Positions 27,378-37,561 of a stretch of 64,000 nt of DNA are shown in pieces. A model generated the notes under the pieces. It saw nothing but the letters and a program-made list of their open reading frames with translations, was not told where the DNA came from and did not search any database. Position numbers and translations under genes: made by a program. The stretch is from Spirochaetia bacterium. Lineage in GTDB: Bacteria > Spirochaetota > Spirochaetia > SZUA-6 > Bin103. The stretch is from positions 2,144,001 through 2,208,000 of the forward strand of contig OZ241863.1 in assembly GCA_965203055.1 (NCBI GenBank), read 5' to 3'. Every line of letters starts with the position of its first letter. Position 1 is the first letter of the stretch.

Positions 27378-28538
27378 TCAGTGCCGTCGTACCATGAATT
27401 GTGCGGGATCTTGACTGAACTTCCTTAGCAGAAGGTTGCTAAGTCGCACTAATCCCGCGGAGCTTTCGTGTGTACATAAGTGCAACCCGTTTGACAACTC
27501 ACGACTGGATCGAAAGCGATCACCGTTGGCCTGAACTGGGGTATCGTGGATAGTATATCGTTGCCCGCGTAACACGATCGGACAATCTTCAGCCGTTACC
27601 TTACCCATTCTGATGAGCCATTCGGTAATTTCAACAAGGATATCATACCACTTGACAATCTGGCGTTCTGACTGATCCGGAAGCCGTAAGGACCTGGGTG
27701 GCGAAGGCTTTTCAGTTGTGATCGGAGAGAACTTGGAGAGTTTGATCAATCCGGTATCGGTATCATGGACAACGTCAGGTTTCTGATCGACAGCTACTCT
27801 CGACATCCTTTCACGGTTCGCTGGTGAGGTGACTTGTGAGCCATGGCGCGTTGACGGCGTCGTCGTAACGATGGACTTTGATTTGTCCATCAGAAATCGT
27901 CGACACGAATCCAGATCGGGTTTGTCACCATTCATTTCTTCATACTTATCCGCCAACAGATCCAGCAGCAACGAATCGGGTTCTTCAAGCAAAGCACGCC
28001 ATATTTTTGGAAGCGCGCCCGCTGTCTCTCGTGCTCTGACCACATCTTGATAATCTGACCGCGCTGCGTCAAGGGCTTTACCGGAGCTTACCCTGTCATA
28101 GCTCAGGTATCGGTCCAACAAGCCTGCAGACTCATCGACGTCTTGCTGCAGGAGCCGTAATTTACAAACCATTCTCTCATCGTAGTTCCCCCGCTCACCA
28201 GGAAGAAATAAGCTCCACTCTCGACCATCCGTCAAGACGGCCATCGGGACCCCCGAATGGAAGACGTACTCGAACAGTTGCCTGTCCGCCCCGTCCGTTA
28301 GACCAACGTTCTTGACTTCGATAAAGACGACAGGACGCTCTGCCGGATCGCACAGTGCGTAATCGACGCGGCGTCCTTCGAGCGAGAACTCCGGGTATAC
28401 AACATTAGTATCAAAGACAGGCCATCCCAGCTCGTTCAGTACCGGCAAGAGGACACCTTGGGACACAGCCCTCTCGGAAGGAAAATCTCCTCTCCGCAGT
28501 CGTTCTCGCACTCTTTCAAGGTGGTCTGACAGCGCCAT
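27378..28538 (-). CDS. HsdR_N-like PD-(D/E)XK restriction-endonuclease-domain protein
   Basis: LNELGW..VYPEF..RVDYAL..VFIEVK..QLFEY..VLTDGREW; lower GC; no adjacent methyltransferase. Confidence 0.8.
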   Translation of the reverse strand: MALSDHLERVRERLRRGDFPSERAVSQGVLLPVLNELGWPVFDTNVVYPEFSLEGRRVDYALCDPAERPVVFIEVKNVGLTDGADRQLFEYVFHSGVPMAVLTDGREWSLFLPGERGNYDERMVCKLRLLQQDVDESAGLLDRYLSYDRVSSGKALDAARSDYQDVVRARETAGALPKIWRALLEEPDSLLLDLLADKYEEMNGDKPDLDSCRRFLMDKSKSIVTTTPSTRHGSQVTSPANRERMSRVAVDQKPDVVHDTDTGLIKLSKFSPITTEKPSPPRSLRLPDQSERQIVKWYDILVEITEWLIRMGKVTAEDCPIVLRGQRYTIHDTPVQANGDRFRSSRELSNGLHLCTHESSAGLVRLSNLLLRKFSQDPAQFMVRRH

Positions 28539-28557
28539 CGGTGTTTCCCGTGCTCCG

Positions 28558-29487
28558 TTATGCGGAGGCGGGGGTGGGGAGTCTGGGCGCCGGATGGGCG
28601 AGCTGCGGGTGCGCGATCAAGTGGCGGTATACGTCGCTGCAAGAGGCGAGGGTCAGGCCGGCGCGGCGGGCGTGTTCCAGCAGCAGGTCGATCTGGCCGG
28701 CGCCGCGGTCCACGCGGTAGACCGACCAGGGATGGAAGCAGGGGGAGTAGGTCAGCAACCCCTCGTCGCGGGCGTAGTCGATGCCGGGAGCGTATGCCTG
28801 GTACACCTCGCGGCCGGTGGCGGGGATCCGGGACGGGTAGCCCCACGGCAAGGCCGGAGGCCAGGCGACGGCCGCCGGTTGGCCGGTGAGGATGTTGTCG
28901 TGCCAGGCGTGGGCGGAGATCTCCAGCAGTTCGGGGTAGCCGTCGTCGCTGAACCGGAAAGGCTGCGTAAGCGGCGCGGGAGCGACCTGATTAGCCTGCC
29001 AGCTCAGGGTGCGCACGTAGCGGTAGCCCGCCTCCCACAATGCCTCCAGCAGCCGCGTCTCGCCGAGGAAGCCGTGCGCGAAGCCGCCCGGCGCGGTAAA
29101 GCCGATCACCTCGCGCCCGAACAGCTCCTCGATGATCCGTTTCGAGTCGACCAGTTCGCGGCGCACCGCGCCCGCATCGTCGCGGATGGCCACCATGTTT
29201 TCGTGCGTGAAGCTGTGCGACTGCAGATCGAACAGGTCGTGATCCAGGATCTCCCGCAGGCGCGCTCCCGCGGCCACGGCAAGCCGGGCTACGATGAAGA
29301 AGGTAGCCGGCGCCCGGCGGCGCAGATGCACCTCGGCCACCGCCCGCACGCCGTCCAGGCACTCGTCGAGGCGCGTTCCCTCATAGCTCACCGCCTGCTG
29401 ATAGGTCGTTGCGGAATAGGGCTTGGCGCCGAGCTCCCACCAGGGATAGATCGCTTCGGTGTCGTATCCGGCTGCGTAGAAGGTCAT
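28558..29487 (-). CDS. Polysaccharide deacetylase family protein
   Basis: YDTE, ATFFI, QSHSFTH, GFTAPGG, CFHPW. Confidence 0.82.
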   Translation of the reverse strand: MTFYAAGYDTEAIYPWWELGAKPYSATTYQQAVSYEGTRLDECLDGVRAVAEVHLRRRAPATFFIVARLAVAAGARLREILDHDLFDLQSHSFTHENMVAIRDDAGAVRRELVDSKRIIEELFGREVIGFTAPGGFAHGFLGETRLLEALWEAGYRYVRTLSWQANQVAPAPLTQPFRFSDDGYPELLEISAHAWHDNILTGQPAAVAWPPALPWGYPSRIPATGREVYQAYAPGIDYARDEGLLTYSPCFHPWSVYRVDRGAGQIDLLLEHARRAGLTLASCSDVYRHLIAHPQLAHPAPRLPTPASA

Positions 29488-29659
29488 GACGGCATCGACC
29501 TTACTCCGGGGTCCGGCGCAACGCAAGCCGCCGCCCCCACCGGTAGCTTACGTCGCAAGGCTCGTAGGCCGGCATGTATACGCCGGTGGACAACATGCCC
29601 TCCGAGAAGCAGCGATTCACGTGGACGGCGGCATCGCCATGGGCTAGCGAGCCAACCGG

Positions 29660-30751
29660 CTACGCTTCGCGGTAGGGGCGCAGCGTCTCGTAGCGCGGCT
29701 CCAGGCCGATCCCCGGCACCTCCGGCGGACTCACGGTGCCGTCGTCGTTCAGGGTCAAGGTCTCGGTGTAGATCTTCCCCCACATCGGATCCAGGTAGCG
29801 CGGGTAGAACTCCAGAATGAGACCGTTGGCGATGGCGCTCACCAGGTGAACGTGCACTTCCTGCGCGCCGTGCGGGGCAATGTCGAGATCGTGCGCCTGG
29901 GCCAGCGCCGTCACCTTCATGAACTCCGAGATGCCGCCGAGGATCACCGCGTCGGGATTCAGGATCGGCACGCAGCCGGTGGCGATCAGATCGCGGAACC
30001 CGTAGCGGGTGTACTCGTTTTCGCCGGTGGCGAGCGGGATGGTGGTCTTCTCGGCGACGCGCTTGTGTCCCTCGTAGTCGTCCGGGGCGATCGGCTCCTC
30101 GAACCAGAACGGGTCATACTCCGCTACCCGCTCGGCGACCTGCACCGCCTCGTACCAGCGGTAGGCGCAGTTGGCGTCGATCATCAGCTTGACCTCCGGG
30201 CCGACCGCGGCGCGCGCCGCCCGCACCCGGGCCACGTCCTCGGCGATCGGCAGCGCGCCGATCTTCATCTTCACCGCCTTGGCGCCCGCCGCCACGTGGC
30301 CGGCCAACTCCTCCTGCAACTCCTTCAGCCCCTTGCCGTCCTCGTAGTAGCCGCCGGCGACGTAGGTCGGCACGCGCCCGCGGAACCCGCCGAGGAGCCG
30401 GTACAACGGCAGGCCGGCGACCTTGGCGCGCAGGTCCCACAGGGCAATGTCGATGGCGCTGATGGCGCGGGTGGTGAGGCCGCGGCGGCCCACCAGCTTC
30501 GGCACCCACAGCTTGTGCCACAACCGCTCGACGTTGATCGGGTCCTCGCCGATCAGCAGCGGGGTGAAGTGCCTGATGGCGTCTCCCACCACGCCCCGCT
30601 TGGTGGCGCCGATACCGACTCCGGTCACCCCCTCGTCGGTGTCGATGAATACGAAGCCCACGCCGCTGTGGGTGTAGGTGTGCAGGCCGTTGGTGATGGG
30701 CTGGCGGCGCGGCCAGCGGTAACTCTCGACGCGAACGCCGGTGATCTTCAT
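29660..30751 (-). CDS. Mandelate racemase/muconate lactonizing enzyme family protein
   Basis: SAIDIALWD, KMKIG, MIDAN, WFEEP, ATGENE. Confidence 0.93.
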   Translation of the reverse strand: MKITGVRVESYRWPRRQPITNGLHTYTHSGVGFVFIDTDEGVTGVGIGATKRGVVGDAIRHFTPLLIGEDPINVERLWHKLWVPKLVGRRGLTTRAISAIDIALWDLRAKVAGLPLYRLLGGFRGRVPTYVAGGYYEDGKGLKELQEELAGHVAAGAKAVKMKIGALPIAEDVARVRAARAAVGPEVKLMIDANCAYRWYEAVQVAERVAEYDPFWFEEPIAPDDYEGHKRVAEKTTIPLATGENEYTRYGFRDLIATGCVPILNPDAVILGGISEFMKVTALAQAHDLDIAPHGAQEVHVHLVSAIANGLILEFYPRYLDPMWGKIYTETLTLNDDGTVSPPEVPGIGLEPRYETLRPYREA

Positions 30752-30969
30752 GAGCGTGCTCCCGTGCTGCGGCGCCGGCCGGGGTCCTGAAGCCCGGCGC
30801 CGCGCCGCGGATGTCGCCGTAACGGAAGCACAACCGGGCCGGCTGGTAAACCGGCTCCGCCGCGCGCCCCGGCACGCCGCCCCGGCGGATTGACTTTGCG
30901 CGCCAACCGGTGGAGCCTGTAGCGCACAGGCGCCGGCCGGCGGCGGCCCGGCGGCGAGGAGGAGCGCGC

Positions 30970-31983
30970 ATGAAGGCAAGGATCGTGGGCCGGCGGCAGG
31001 CGGACGTGGTACCGGCGCCGGTACCTGAGCCGACGGAAGACTGGGCCGTGGTCAAGGTGCACGCCTCGGCCATGTGCACCGAATACAAGGCCTGGCTGGC
31101 CGGGACCCGGCACGAGGTAATCGGCCACGAGGGGGCCGGCGAGGTGGTGGCCGTCGCGCAGCCGGGGCGGGTGCGGGTCGGAGACCGCGTCGTGGTAATG
31201 CCGCAGTTCCCGTGCGGCACCTGCGCCCTGTGCCGCTCCGGCGACTACATCTATTGCGAGGACACCATCGACTACGCGGCCGTGCACGGGACCCAGGACG
31301 GGCGCGGCACGTTCGCGCACCACGTACTCAAGCCATCCTGGCTGCTGCTGCCGATCCCCGACGGGGTGACCTATGAGCAGGCCACCATGGCGATCGACGG
31401 CATCGGCGCCTCGTTCGGCGGCATGCAGGCGATCGGCGTGAATGCCTTCGACACGGTGCTGATCACCGGCCTGGGGCCGGTGGGCCTGGGCGGCGTGATC
31501 AACGCCCGCTTTCGCGGCGCCCGGGTGCTGGCGGTGGAACCGGCGCCGTGGCGGGCTGCGCTGGGCCGCGAACTGGGCGCCGAGGTAGTGCTGAATCCCG
31601 CGGCCGGCGACGTGCCGGCGCGCATCCGCGAGTTGACCGGAGGGCGCGGCGTGGACTGCGCGCTGGACTGTTCCGGGGCGGTTGCCGGCGAGCGGCTGTG
31701 CATCGATGCGGCGCGGCGCCGCGGGCGGGTCGCCTTCGTCGGCGAGAGCGCCAAGGAGCTGGCCGTTACGGTGAGCCCCGACCTGATCCGCAAAGGGCTG
31801 CACGTAGCCGGCACCTGGCTCTACAACCTGCGCGACTACGAGGGGGTGATGCGGGTCATTGCCGAGTCGCCGCTGATCGACAAGCTGATCAGCCACGTCA
31901 TGCCGATGAGCCGCATTCAGGAAGCCTTCGGCCTCCTCGCCGCCGGCGAGGCCGCCAAGATCGTGCTCCACCCCTGGGAGTGA
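30970..31983 (+). CDS. Zinc-binding (MDR) dehydrogenase
   Basis: GHEGAG, CGTCALCRSG..C, GLGPVG. Confidence 0.92.
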   Translation: MKARIVGRRQADVVPAPVPEPTEDWAVVKVHASAMCTEYKAWLAGTRHEVIGHEGAGEVVAVAQPGRVRVGDRVVVMPQFPCGTCALCRSGDYIYCEDTIDYAAVHGTQDGRGTFAHHVLKPSWLLLPIPDGVTYEQATMAIDGIGASFGGMQAIGVNAFDTVLITGLGPVGLGGVINARFRGARVLAVEPAPWRAALGRELGAEVVLNPAAGDVPARIRELTGGRGVDCALDCSGAVAGERLCIDAARRRGRVAFVGESAKELAVTVSPDLIRKGLHVAGTWLYNLRDYEGVMRVIAESPLIDKLISHVMPMSRIQEAFGLLAAGEAAKIVLHPWE

Positions 31984-32063
31984 CGGCGCCGCACCGCGGC
32001 GCCGGGGCCGGCGTTCGTTGCGCATGCGCCGCCCCTGCGCGGCAGCGCGCACCACTCAAGGAA

Positions 32064-32135
32064 AGCGAGCGAAGGGAATCGAACCCTCGTCACGAGCTTG
32101 GGAAGCTCGGGTAATAACCATTATACGACGCTCGC
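32064..32135 (-). tRNA. tRNA-Gly(CCC), CCA not encoded
   Basis: Acceptor GCGAGCG/CGCTCGC, anticodon arm CGAGC-TTCCCAA-GCTCG, T-arm GGTTCGATTCC. Confidence 0.96.
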
Positions 32136-32216
32136 CGGTCTCGGGGAGTATAGTACCAGCGTACGCGCCCGCTGTCCACCCGCCGGCGCGGCAGGAACGG
32201 ACAATCGCGCGGGCGC

Positions 32217-32911
32217 CTACTTCAGCAGCTCCTGCTCGGACTCTTCCGGCTCGATTACCTCGATCCCCATCTGCCGCAGTTCCTGAGCCCGCCGGCTGTG
32301 GATCGACGCGGTGGCCAGAATGACCCGCGCCGGGCGCACCCCGGTGCGCTCCTCGTACAGACGGCGCTTGCGTTCCAGCCGGGTGCCGATGGCGCGCCCC
32401 ACGCTGGCGGCGATCTCGACCAGAATATGCCGGTGATCGTAGATCAGGACATCGAACTGCTCGCCGGCGATGGTGCGCTGCTCGACCCTGACGCCGAAGG
32501 ACTGCTCCAACACCGCCGCCATGGTCTGCCGAAACACGCTTTCGTTGCGGATGCCCCAACGCGCTCCCAGGCGATCGATCGCCCGCTGAACGTCATCGAA
32601 CCGGGTGGCTACCTCGGCCCGGAACTCCCGCAGCTCGCGCTCCACCCGATCGAGACGCTGTTCCACCCGATCGAAACGCCGCTCCACCCGATCGAAACGC
32701 CGGTTAGTCTCGGCACTTAACGCCCGCAGTTCGGCCAGCACCAGGGCAACTCGTCGCGGCGCGCGAACGTCTTCAGGAACGCCCGGTAAAGTTCCGGCTC
32801 AAGCTCCGGGCGCCGTTCGAGCAGGTCGGGCAAGCGGCGGCTGAACAGCTCGATGAGGTCTTCGTCGCGCAATGACGCGGGGAGAGCCTTTCCGGTCTCC
32901 GTGGATTCCAC
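32217..32911 (-). pseudogene. DUF3782-like PD-(D/E)XK coiled-coil protein with apparent 1-nt frameshift near 32747
   Basis: LGARWGIRNESVFR, EQFDVLI..LVEI; 21-bp repeats at 32641/32662/32683; N-terminus lies in an adjacent frame. Confidence 0.7.
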
Positions 32912-32965
32912 CCTCCGACTCCGGCAACAAGCTACCACGTCAGCCGCCTGTCAGTCGAGCTCCGG

Positions 32966-33943
32966 TCAGCGCGCCGGACGGGTGAGGAGCTCGTCGCCGA
33001 ACATGGACAGCACGAGCCGGCTGTCAGCGTCTACCACGTAGGGAATGGACACCGGCCCGCCGGGATGTTGCATCGTCAATATGGTGCGGGTCTCCGCGGG
33101 AGTAATCGCCTCCAGCTTCAGCTCTACCAGGATCGGATATTCGGGCAGGGAAGATTCCAACAACCCGAATACCGCGTCTTCGGGAAGCTCGCCCGGAACG
33201 GTCATCTCGAGCTGTAGGATCGAACTGGAGGGTATTTCCTGGCCCGCCGCGGGCGACTGCGACACGATGCTGCCGGGGGCCTCGCCGGGCAGCGCGGCGC
33301 GAACCCGGAACACGAACGGCAGGTTGAGCGCCGCCAACTCGTCGCGCACCTCCGGGAATGGCCGCGCCACGTAGTCCGGCAACTCGATCAGGTCGCCCCG
33401 AGGCCCCTTGCTCACCACCAGCTCAAGCTGCACCACGCCGTCGACCGGCGTGTCGGGAGCGGGGTTCTGCGCCAGAATGGTTCCCGCCGGGGCCGCATCC
33501 GTCACCCGCGCCACCGGCTCCTCGATCCGGATCAACTCGCGGTAGGAGGCGAACACCGTCTGCAACTCCAGCCGCACCTCTTCCAGGTCGCGCCCCACGT
33601 AGTGGCCTACCCGGTCGACCACCGGGCCGCGGCTGATCACCAACAGCACCGGGCGGCCGGCCTTCACCAGGGTCCCGGCCTGCGGCTCTTGCTCGATTAC
33701 CGTCCACTTGGGGTGATCGGCAGAGATTCGTCCCTCGACGCGCGGTGCGAGAGACTTCTCCTGCAGCCGGCCCATCGCCGCCAGCAGGTCTTCGGCAACG
33801 ACGTCGGGAACCAGCGTCTCCTCGGCGCCGCGCAGCGTGGCGAAGAACGCGATGAGCCCGCTCGCGACCAGCACCGCGCAGATGAGCGCGGCAAGCAGGA
33901 AGCCGCTGATCGGCTTGGGATCAGGAGCAGACGGCGGCGCCAC
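32966..33943 (-). CDS. PASTA-domain membrane protein
   Basis: N-terminal TM, three PASTA-like units (VIEQEPQAG, ILAQNPAP, IVSQSPAAG); follows fmt. Confidence 0.88.
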   Translation of the reverse strand: MAPPSAPDPKPISGFLLAALICAVLVASGLIAFFATLRGAEETLVPDVVAEDLLAAMGRLQEKSLAPRVEGRISADHPKWTVIEQEPQAGTLVKAGRPVLLVISRGPVVDRVGHYVGRDLEEVRLELQTVFASYRELIRIEEPVARVTDAAPAGTILAQNPAPDTPVDGVVQLELVVSKGPRGDLIELPDYVARPFPEVRDELAALNLPFVFRVRAALPGEAPGSIVSQSPAAGQEIPSSSILQLEMTVPGELPEDAVFGLLESSLPEYPILVELKLEAITPAETRTILTMQHPGGPVSIPYVVDADSRLVLSMFGDELLTRPAR

Positions 33944-33952
33944 GGCGGCGAA

Positions 33953-34945
33953 TCAGCCTCCGGCGCCGGCCCGGGGGACGCGCGCGGCAGCGGCCGCCTC
34001 CGGCGGACCGAGTCGAGCTCCCGCGATTGCGGGATGGCCGTTGGCAAAGGCGCGCCAATCGAGGGGCTTCCGGCCCGCCAACTGCAGGCGCTTGAGCCAC
34101 AGCCGCTGCCTGCCGGTGCGCACCAGTATCCCGCGCTGCCGGTCCACCGCAACCACCTGCCCGGCAGCCCCGGGACGAGGCCCCGCCGCGCCCTCCTCCT
34201 CAGCGCACACCGCCGCCTCCAGCACCGCCAGCCGGCGCCCGTTCCAGGAGGTAAAGGCGCGCGGCCAGGGATCGTAGGCGCGCACCGCCCGCTCGATGTG
34301 CGCCGCGGGGCGGCGCCAATCGATGCATCCCTGCTCCTTGAGGAGAAGTGAGCACCAGGTCGCCGCCGCCGGATCTTGCGGCCGCGCCTGCTCCACGCCG
34401 GCGGCCACCGCGTCCACCACCTCCCGCAGCAGGGCGGCGCCGAGCCGGGCCAGCCGCGGCCCCAGCGAGCCACTGGTCTCGGTTCCGTCCAACGACTGCT
34501 CCCGCTGCGCCAGAATGTCGCCGGCATCCACCTCGGGCGCCAACCGCTGGACCGTAACCCCGGTGCGCATGGCGCCGCTCAGGATGGCGGCCGGAATGGG
34601 CGCCGGCCCGCGCCACTGCGGCAGCAGCGACGGATGCACGTTGAGGCCGCCGCGCGCGAAGAGGTCGAGGAACCAGGGGCGGAAGATCTTGCCGAATGCC
34701 ACCGCCACCAGGAGCTGCGGCTGCAACCGCGCCAGCTCGGCGGCAAACGCGCGCCCCAGGCGTTCGGGCTGCAACACGGTCAGACCGCGCGCCAACGCCG
34801 CCCGCTTCACCGCCGGCGGGCGCGGCGTAGCGCGGCGCCCGGCCGGCCGGTCCGGGGCGGTGAGCACCGCGCACAGTTCGCCGTCGGTAAGCGCCTCGAG
34901 CGCGGGCAGGGCGAACTCCGGGGTACCGGCGAACACGATCCGCAC
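33953..34945 (-). CDS. fmt: Methionyl-tRNA formyltransferase
   Basis: FAGTPEFA, NVHPSLLPQWRGPAPI, VDAGDI. Confidence 0.95.
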   Translation of the reverse strand: MRIVFAGTPEFALPALEALTDGELCAVLTAPDRPAGRRATPRPPAVKRAALARGLTVLQPERLGRAFAAELARLQPQLLVAVAFGKIFRPWFLDLFARGGLNVHPSLLPQWRGPAPIPAAILSGAMRTGVTVQRLAPEVDAGDILAQREQSLDGTETSGSLGPRLARLGAALLREVVDAVAAGVEQARPQDPAAATWCSLLLKEQGCIDWRRPAAHIERAVRAYDPWPRAFTSWNGRRLAVLEAAVCAEEEGAAGPRPGAAGQVVAVDRQRGILVRTGRQRLWLKRLQLAGRKPLDWRAFANGHPAIAGARLGPPEAAAAARVPRAGAGG

Positions 34946-34948
34946 CGG

Positions 34949-35452
34949 CTACGACCGATCCTCCGGCACGGCGCCGCGCGCCGCGTACTCGCGCTGCACC
35001 CGGGCCTGCTCAGCCTCGCTCAGGTGGTCGATGAACAGCACGCCGTTCAGATGATCGAGCTCATGCTGGATCACACGCGCCAGCATGCCCTGCGCGTCGA
35101 TGGTAAACCGCCGCCCGCGCCGGTTCCGCGCCTGCACCCGCACTGCCGCCGCCCGCTTCACCTCGGCGCGCGGCCCCGGAATGCTCAGGCACCCCTCTTC
35201 GCCGGCCTCGGTGTCGATGCCGGTGCGGACGATCTGCGGATTGATGAACACCCGTTCCCGGTCGTCCGGGGCCTTGGTCACGAACATCCGCACCATGCGG
35301 TTGACCTGCGTGGCGGCCAGACCGATCCCCTCGCGCTGCTTCATGGCGTCGAGCATCTCGCCGGCCAGGCGGCGCACCTCCGGGGTAACCTCCGGAATCG
35401 GATCGGCACGCCTGCGCAGCGCGGGGTGGCCGAGCGTGACGATCTCAAGCAT
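34949..35452 (-). CDS. def: Peptide deformylase
   Basis: GIGLAATQ, EGCLS, QHELDHL. Confidence 0.97.
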   Translation of the reverse strand: MLEIVTLGHPALRRRADPIPEVTPEVRRLAGEMLDAMKQREGIGLAATQVNRMVRMFVTKAPDDRERVFINPQIVRTGIDTEAGEEGCLSIPGPRAEVKRAAAVRVQARNRRGRRFTIDAQGMLARVIQHELDHLNGVLFIDHLSEAEQARVQREYAARGAVPEDRS

Positions 35453-35523
35453 GACCGGGGTCAGTATAGCCGCGCGGCAAGCTCATTGTCAGGTGCGGCC
35501 ACAGCGCGGCAGCGCGGCGGGCG

Positions 35524-37551
35524 TCACAGCACGGAGGTGGGATCGACGTCCACTTCCAGGTGCACGCCGGCGGGTACCCGGAATGCGCGGCAGGTGCGTT
35601 GCACCCACGCATGCAGCGGCCCCAGGGTGGGGTGGCGCAGCAACACGTGATAGCGATAACTCCCGGCGATCCGTTCGATCGCGCACTCTACCGGCCCCAA
35701 CAGCTCGCCGTCGGTCCGCGCGGCCGGCGGCGGCCGGCGGTTGCGCCGGAGCTGCTCGGCAAAATCGCCGGCCGCGGCATGAGCGCGGTTGCGGTTGCGG
35801 GAACGGATCACGATGCGGATCAGGCGCGCGAAGGGCGGGAAGCGCAGCTCGCGCCGCAGCTCGATCTCGCGGCGATAGAACTCCTCGGCGCGGCCCTCCA
35901 CGGCGAGCCGGATGGCATCCTGGTCGGGCAGGCAGGTCTGCACCAGCACGCGGCCGTCCGGCAGCGCCCGGCCGGCGCGGCCCGACACCTGGACGATGAG
36001 GTTGAAGGTGCGTTCCGCGGCGCGGAAGTCAGGCACGTGCAGCCCGGTATCGGCGTTGATGATGCCGACCAGGCGCACGGCCGGGAAATCGAGTCCCTTG
36101 GCCACCATCTGGGTCCCGACCAGGACGTCCACCGCCCCTTCCCGGAACTGCTCCAGCACCGTGCGCAGTTCCCGGCGGTTGCGCGCGGCGTCGGTGTCCA
36201 GACGCCGCACGCGGAGCCCCGGCAGCGCTGCCGCCAGTTCCTCCTCGACGCGTTGGGTGCCGTAACCGCTGTACCCGACGTCCAATGAGGAGCACTCCGG
36301 GCAGAGCCGCATCGGCGCGGTCCGATAGCCGCAGTAGTGGCACAGCATGGCCCGGGTCGCCTTGTGGTAGGTCAGACTGACCGAGCAGCGGACGCAGCGC
36401 ATCTCGAACCCGCAACTGCGGCAGTGAAAGAAGTAGGCGAACCCGCGGCGATTGAGGAACAGGATCGATTGCCGGCGGGCGGCGGTCGCGGCCCGAATCT
36501 CCTCCACCAGCCGCGCCGACAGCGGCCCCTGCCGGCCCTTCATCTCCACCACGTCGATGGCCGGCATGCGCCCGCGGCCTGGCCGCTGCGTCAGATCGAG
36601 GCGCCGCAGGCGGCCGCCGGCCATGTTGTGGAGCGCCTCCAGCGACGGGGTCGCGCTGCCCATCACCAGGGTGGCGCCCTCTTGCCGGCAGCGGTGCATG
36701 GCCACTTGGCGCGCGTGGTAGCGGGGCGTGGCGCTCGACTTGTAGGAGCTCTCGTGCTCCTCGTCCAGGACGATCATGCCGAGGTCGCGCAGCGGCGCGA
36801 ATACCGCGCTGCGCGCGCCGATCACCACGCAGGCGGCGCCGCTCCTGATCCTGCTCCACTGCTGCAGCCGTTGCGACGGCGTCAACGCCGAGTGAATCAC
36901 CGCCACCCGGGGCCCGAACACGTCGCCGAACTGATCCACCACCTGGTGCGTCAGGGAGATCTCCGGCACCAGATAGATCACGCCGCGCCCGGCCGCGACG
37001 GTGCGCCGGGCCGCCTCCAGGAACACCGCGGTCTTGCCGGAGCCGGTCACCCCGCGCAGGTAGAAGCGCCGGGCGCGGGCCGCTGCCGGCGGCTGCTCGG
37101 GCGCGGCGGGCGCGGCCGAGGCGGGCGCGGCCGCGTCGAGATGCGCCGTCAGGGCGGCCACCGCGCGGCGCTGCTCGGCCGTGAGCTCGTAGGTGCGCCA
37201 CCGCTCCGGGTCGAGGTCGAAGTCGTCGCTCAGCGTCTCGCGCCGCCCTCCCGGAATCATCGCCGCCAGCGCCTCGCCCAGCGAACACAGGTAGGTGTCG
37301 GCCACCCAACGCGCCAGCTCCAGCAACGCCGAGTCGAACACCGGCTGCGCGTCCACCCTGCGCCCGATGGCGCGCAACTCCACGTCCGGCGGCGCCCGGC
37401 GCGACACCCCGACGACGAAGCCGGTAACCCGCCGGCGGCCGAACGGCGCCACTACGCGCACGCCCAACTCGGTGGCGGCGTCGGCCAGGTCGAGGTAGGT
37501 GAAATGCTGGCGCAGCGGGAGGTTGAACGCCACCTCCAGGTAGCGCGGCAC
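35524..37551 (-). CDS. priA: Primosomal protein N'
   Basis: GVTGSGKT, DEEH, Cys clusters, GTQMVAKGLDF, QVSGRAGR. Confidence 0.96.
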   Translation of the reverse strand: MPRYLEVAFNLPLRQHFTYLDLADAATELGVRVVAPFGRRRVTGFVVGVSRRAPPDVELRAIGRRVDAQPVFDSALLELARWVADTYLCSLGEALAAMIPGGRRETLSDDFDLDPERWRTYELTAEQRRAVAALTAHLDAAAPASAAPAAPEQPPAAARARRFYLRGVTGSGKTAVFLEAARRTVAAGRGVIYLVPEISLTHQVVDQFGDVFGPRVAVIHSALTPSQRLQQWSRIRSGAACVVIGARSAVFAPLRDLGMIVLDEEHESSYKSSATPRYHARQVAMHRCRQEGATLVMGSATPSLEALHNMAGGRLRRLDLTQRPGRGRMPAIDVVEMKGRQGPLSARLVEEIRAATAARRQSILFLNRRGFAYFFHCRSCGFEMRCVRCSVSLTYHKATRAMLCHYCGYRTAPMRLCPECSSLDVGYSGYGTQRVEEELAAALPGLRVRRLDTDAARNRRELRTVLEQFREGAVDVLVGTQMVAKGLDFPAVRLVGIINADTGLHVPDFRAAERTFNLIVQVSGRAGRALPDGRVLVQTCLPDQDAIRLAVEGRAEEFYRREIELRRELRFPPFARLIRIVIRSRNRNRAHAAAGDFAEQLRRNRRPPPAARTDGELLGPVECAIERIAGSYRYHVLLRHPTLGPLHAWVQRTCRAFRVPAGVHLEVDVDPTSVL

Positions 37552-37561
37552 GGTCGCCCCG

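Noticed and set aside
32064..32135. tRNA-Gly or tRNA-Glu as island integration site
   Set aside because: No duplicated tRNA 3' end found by eye in the window.
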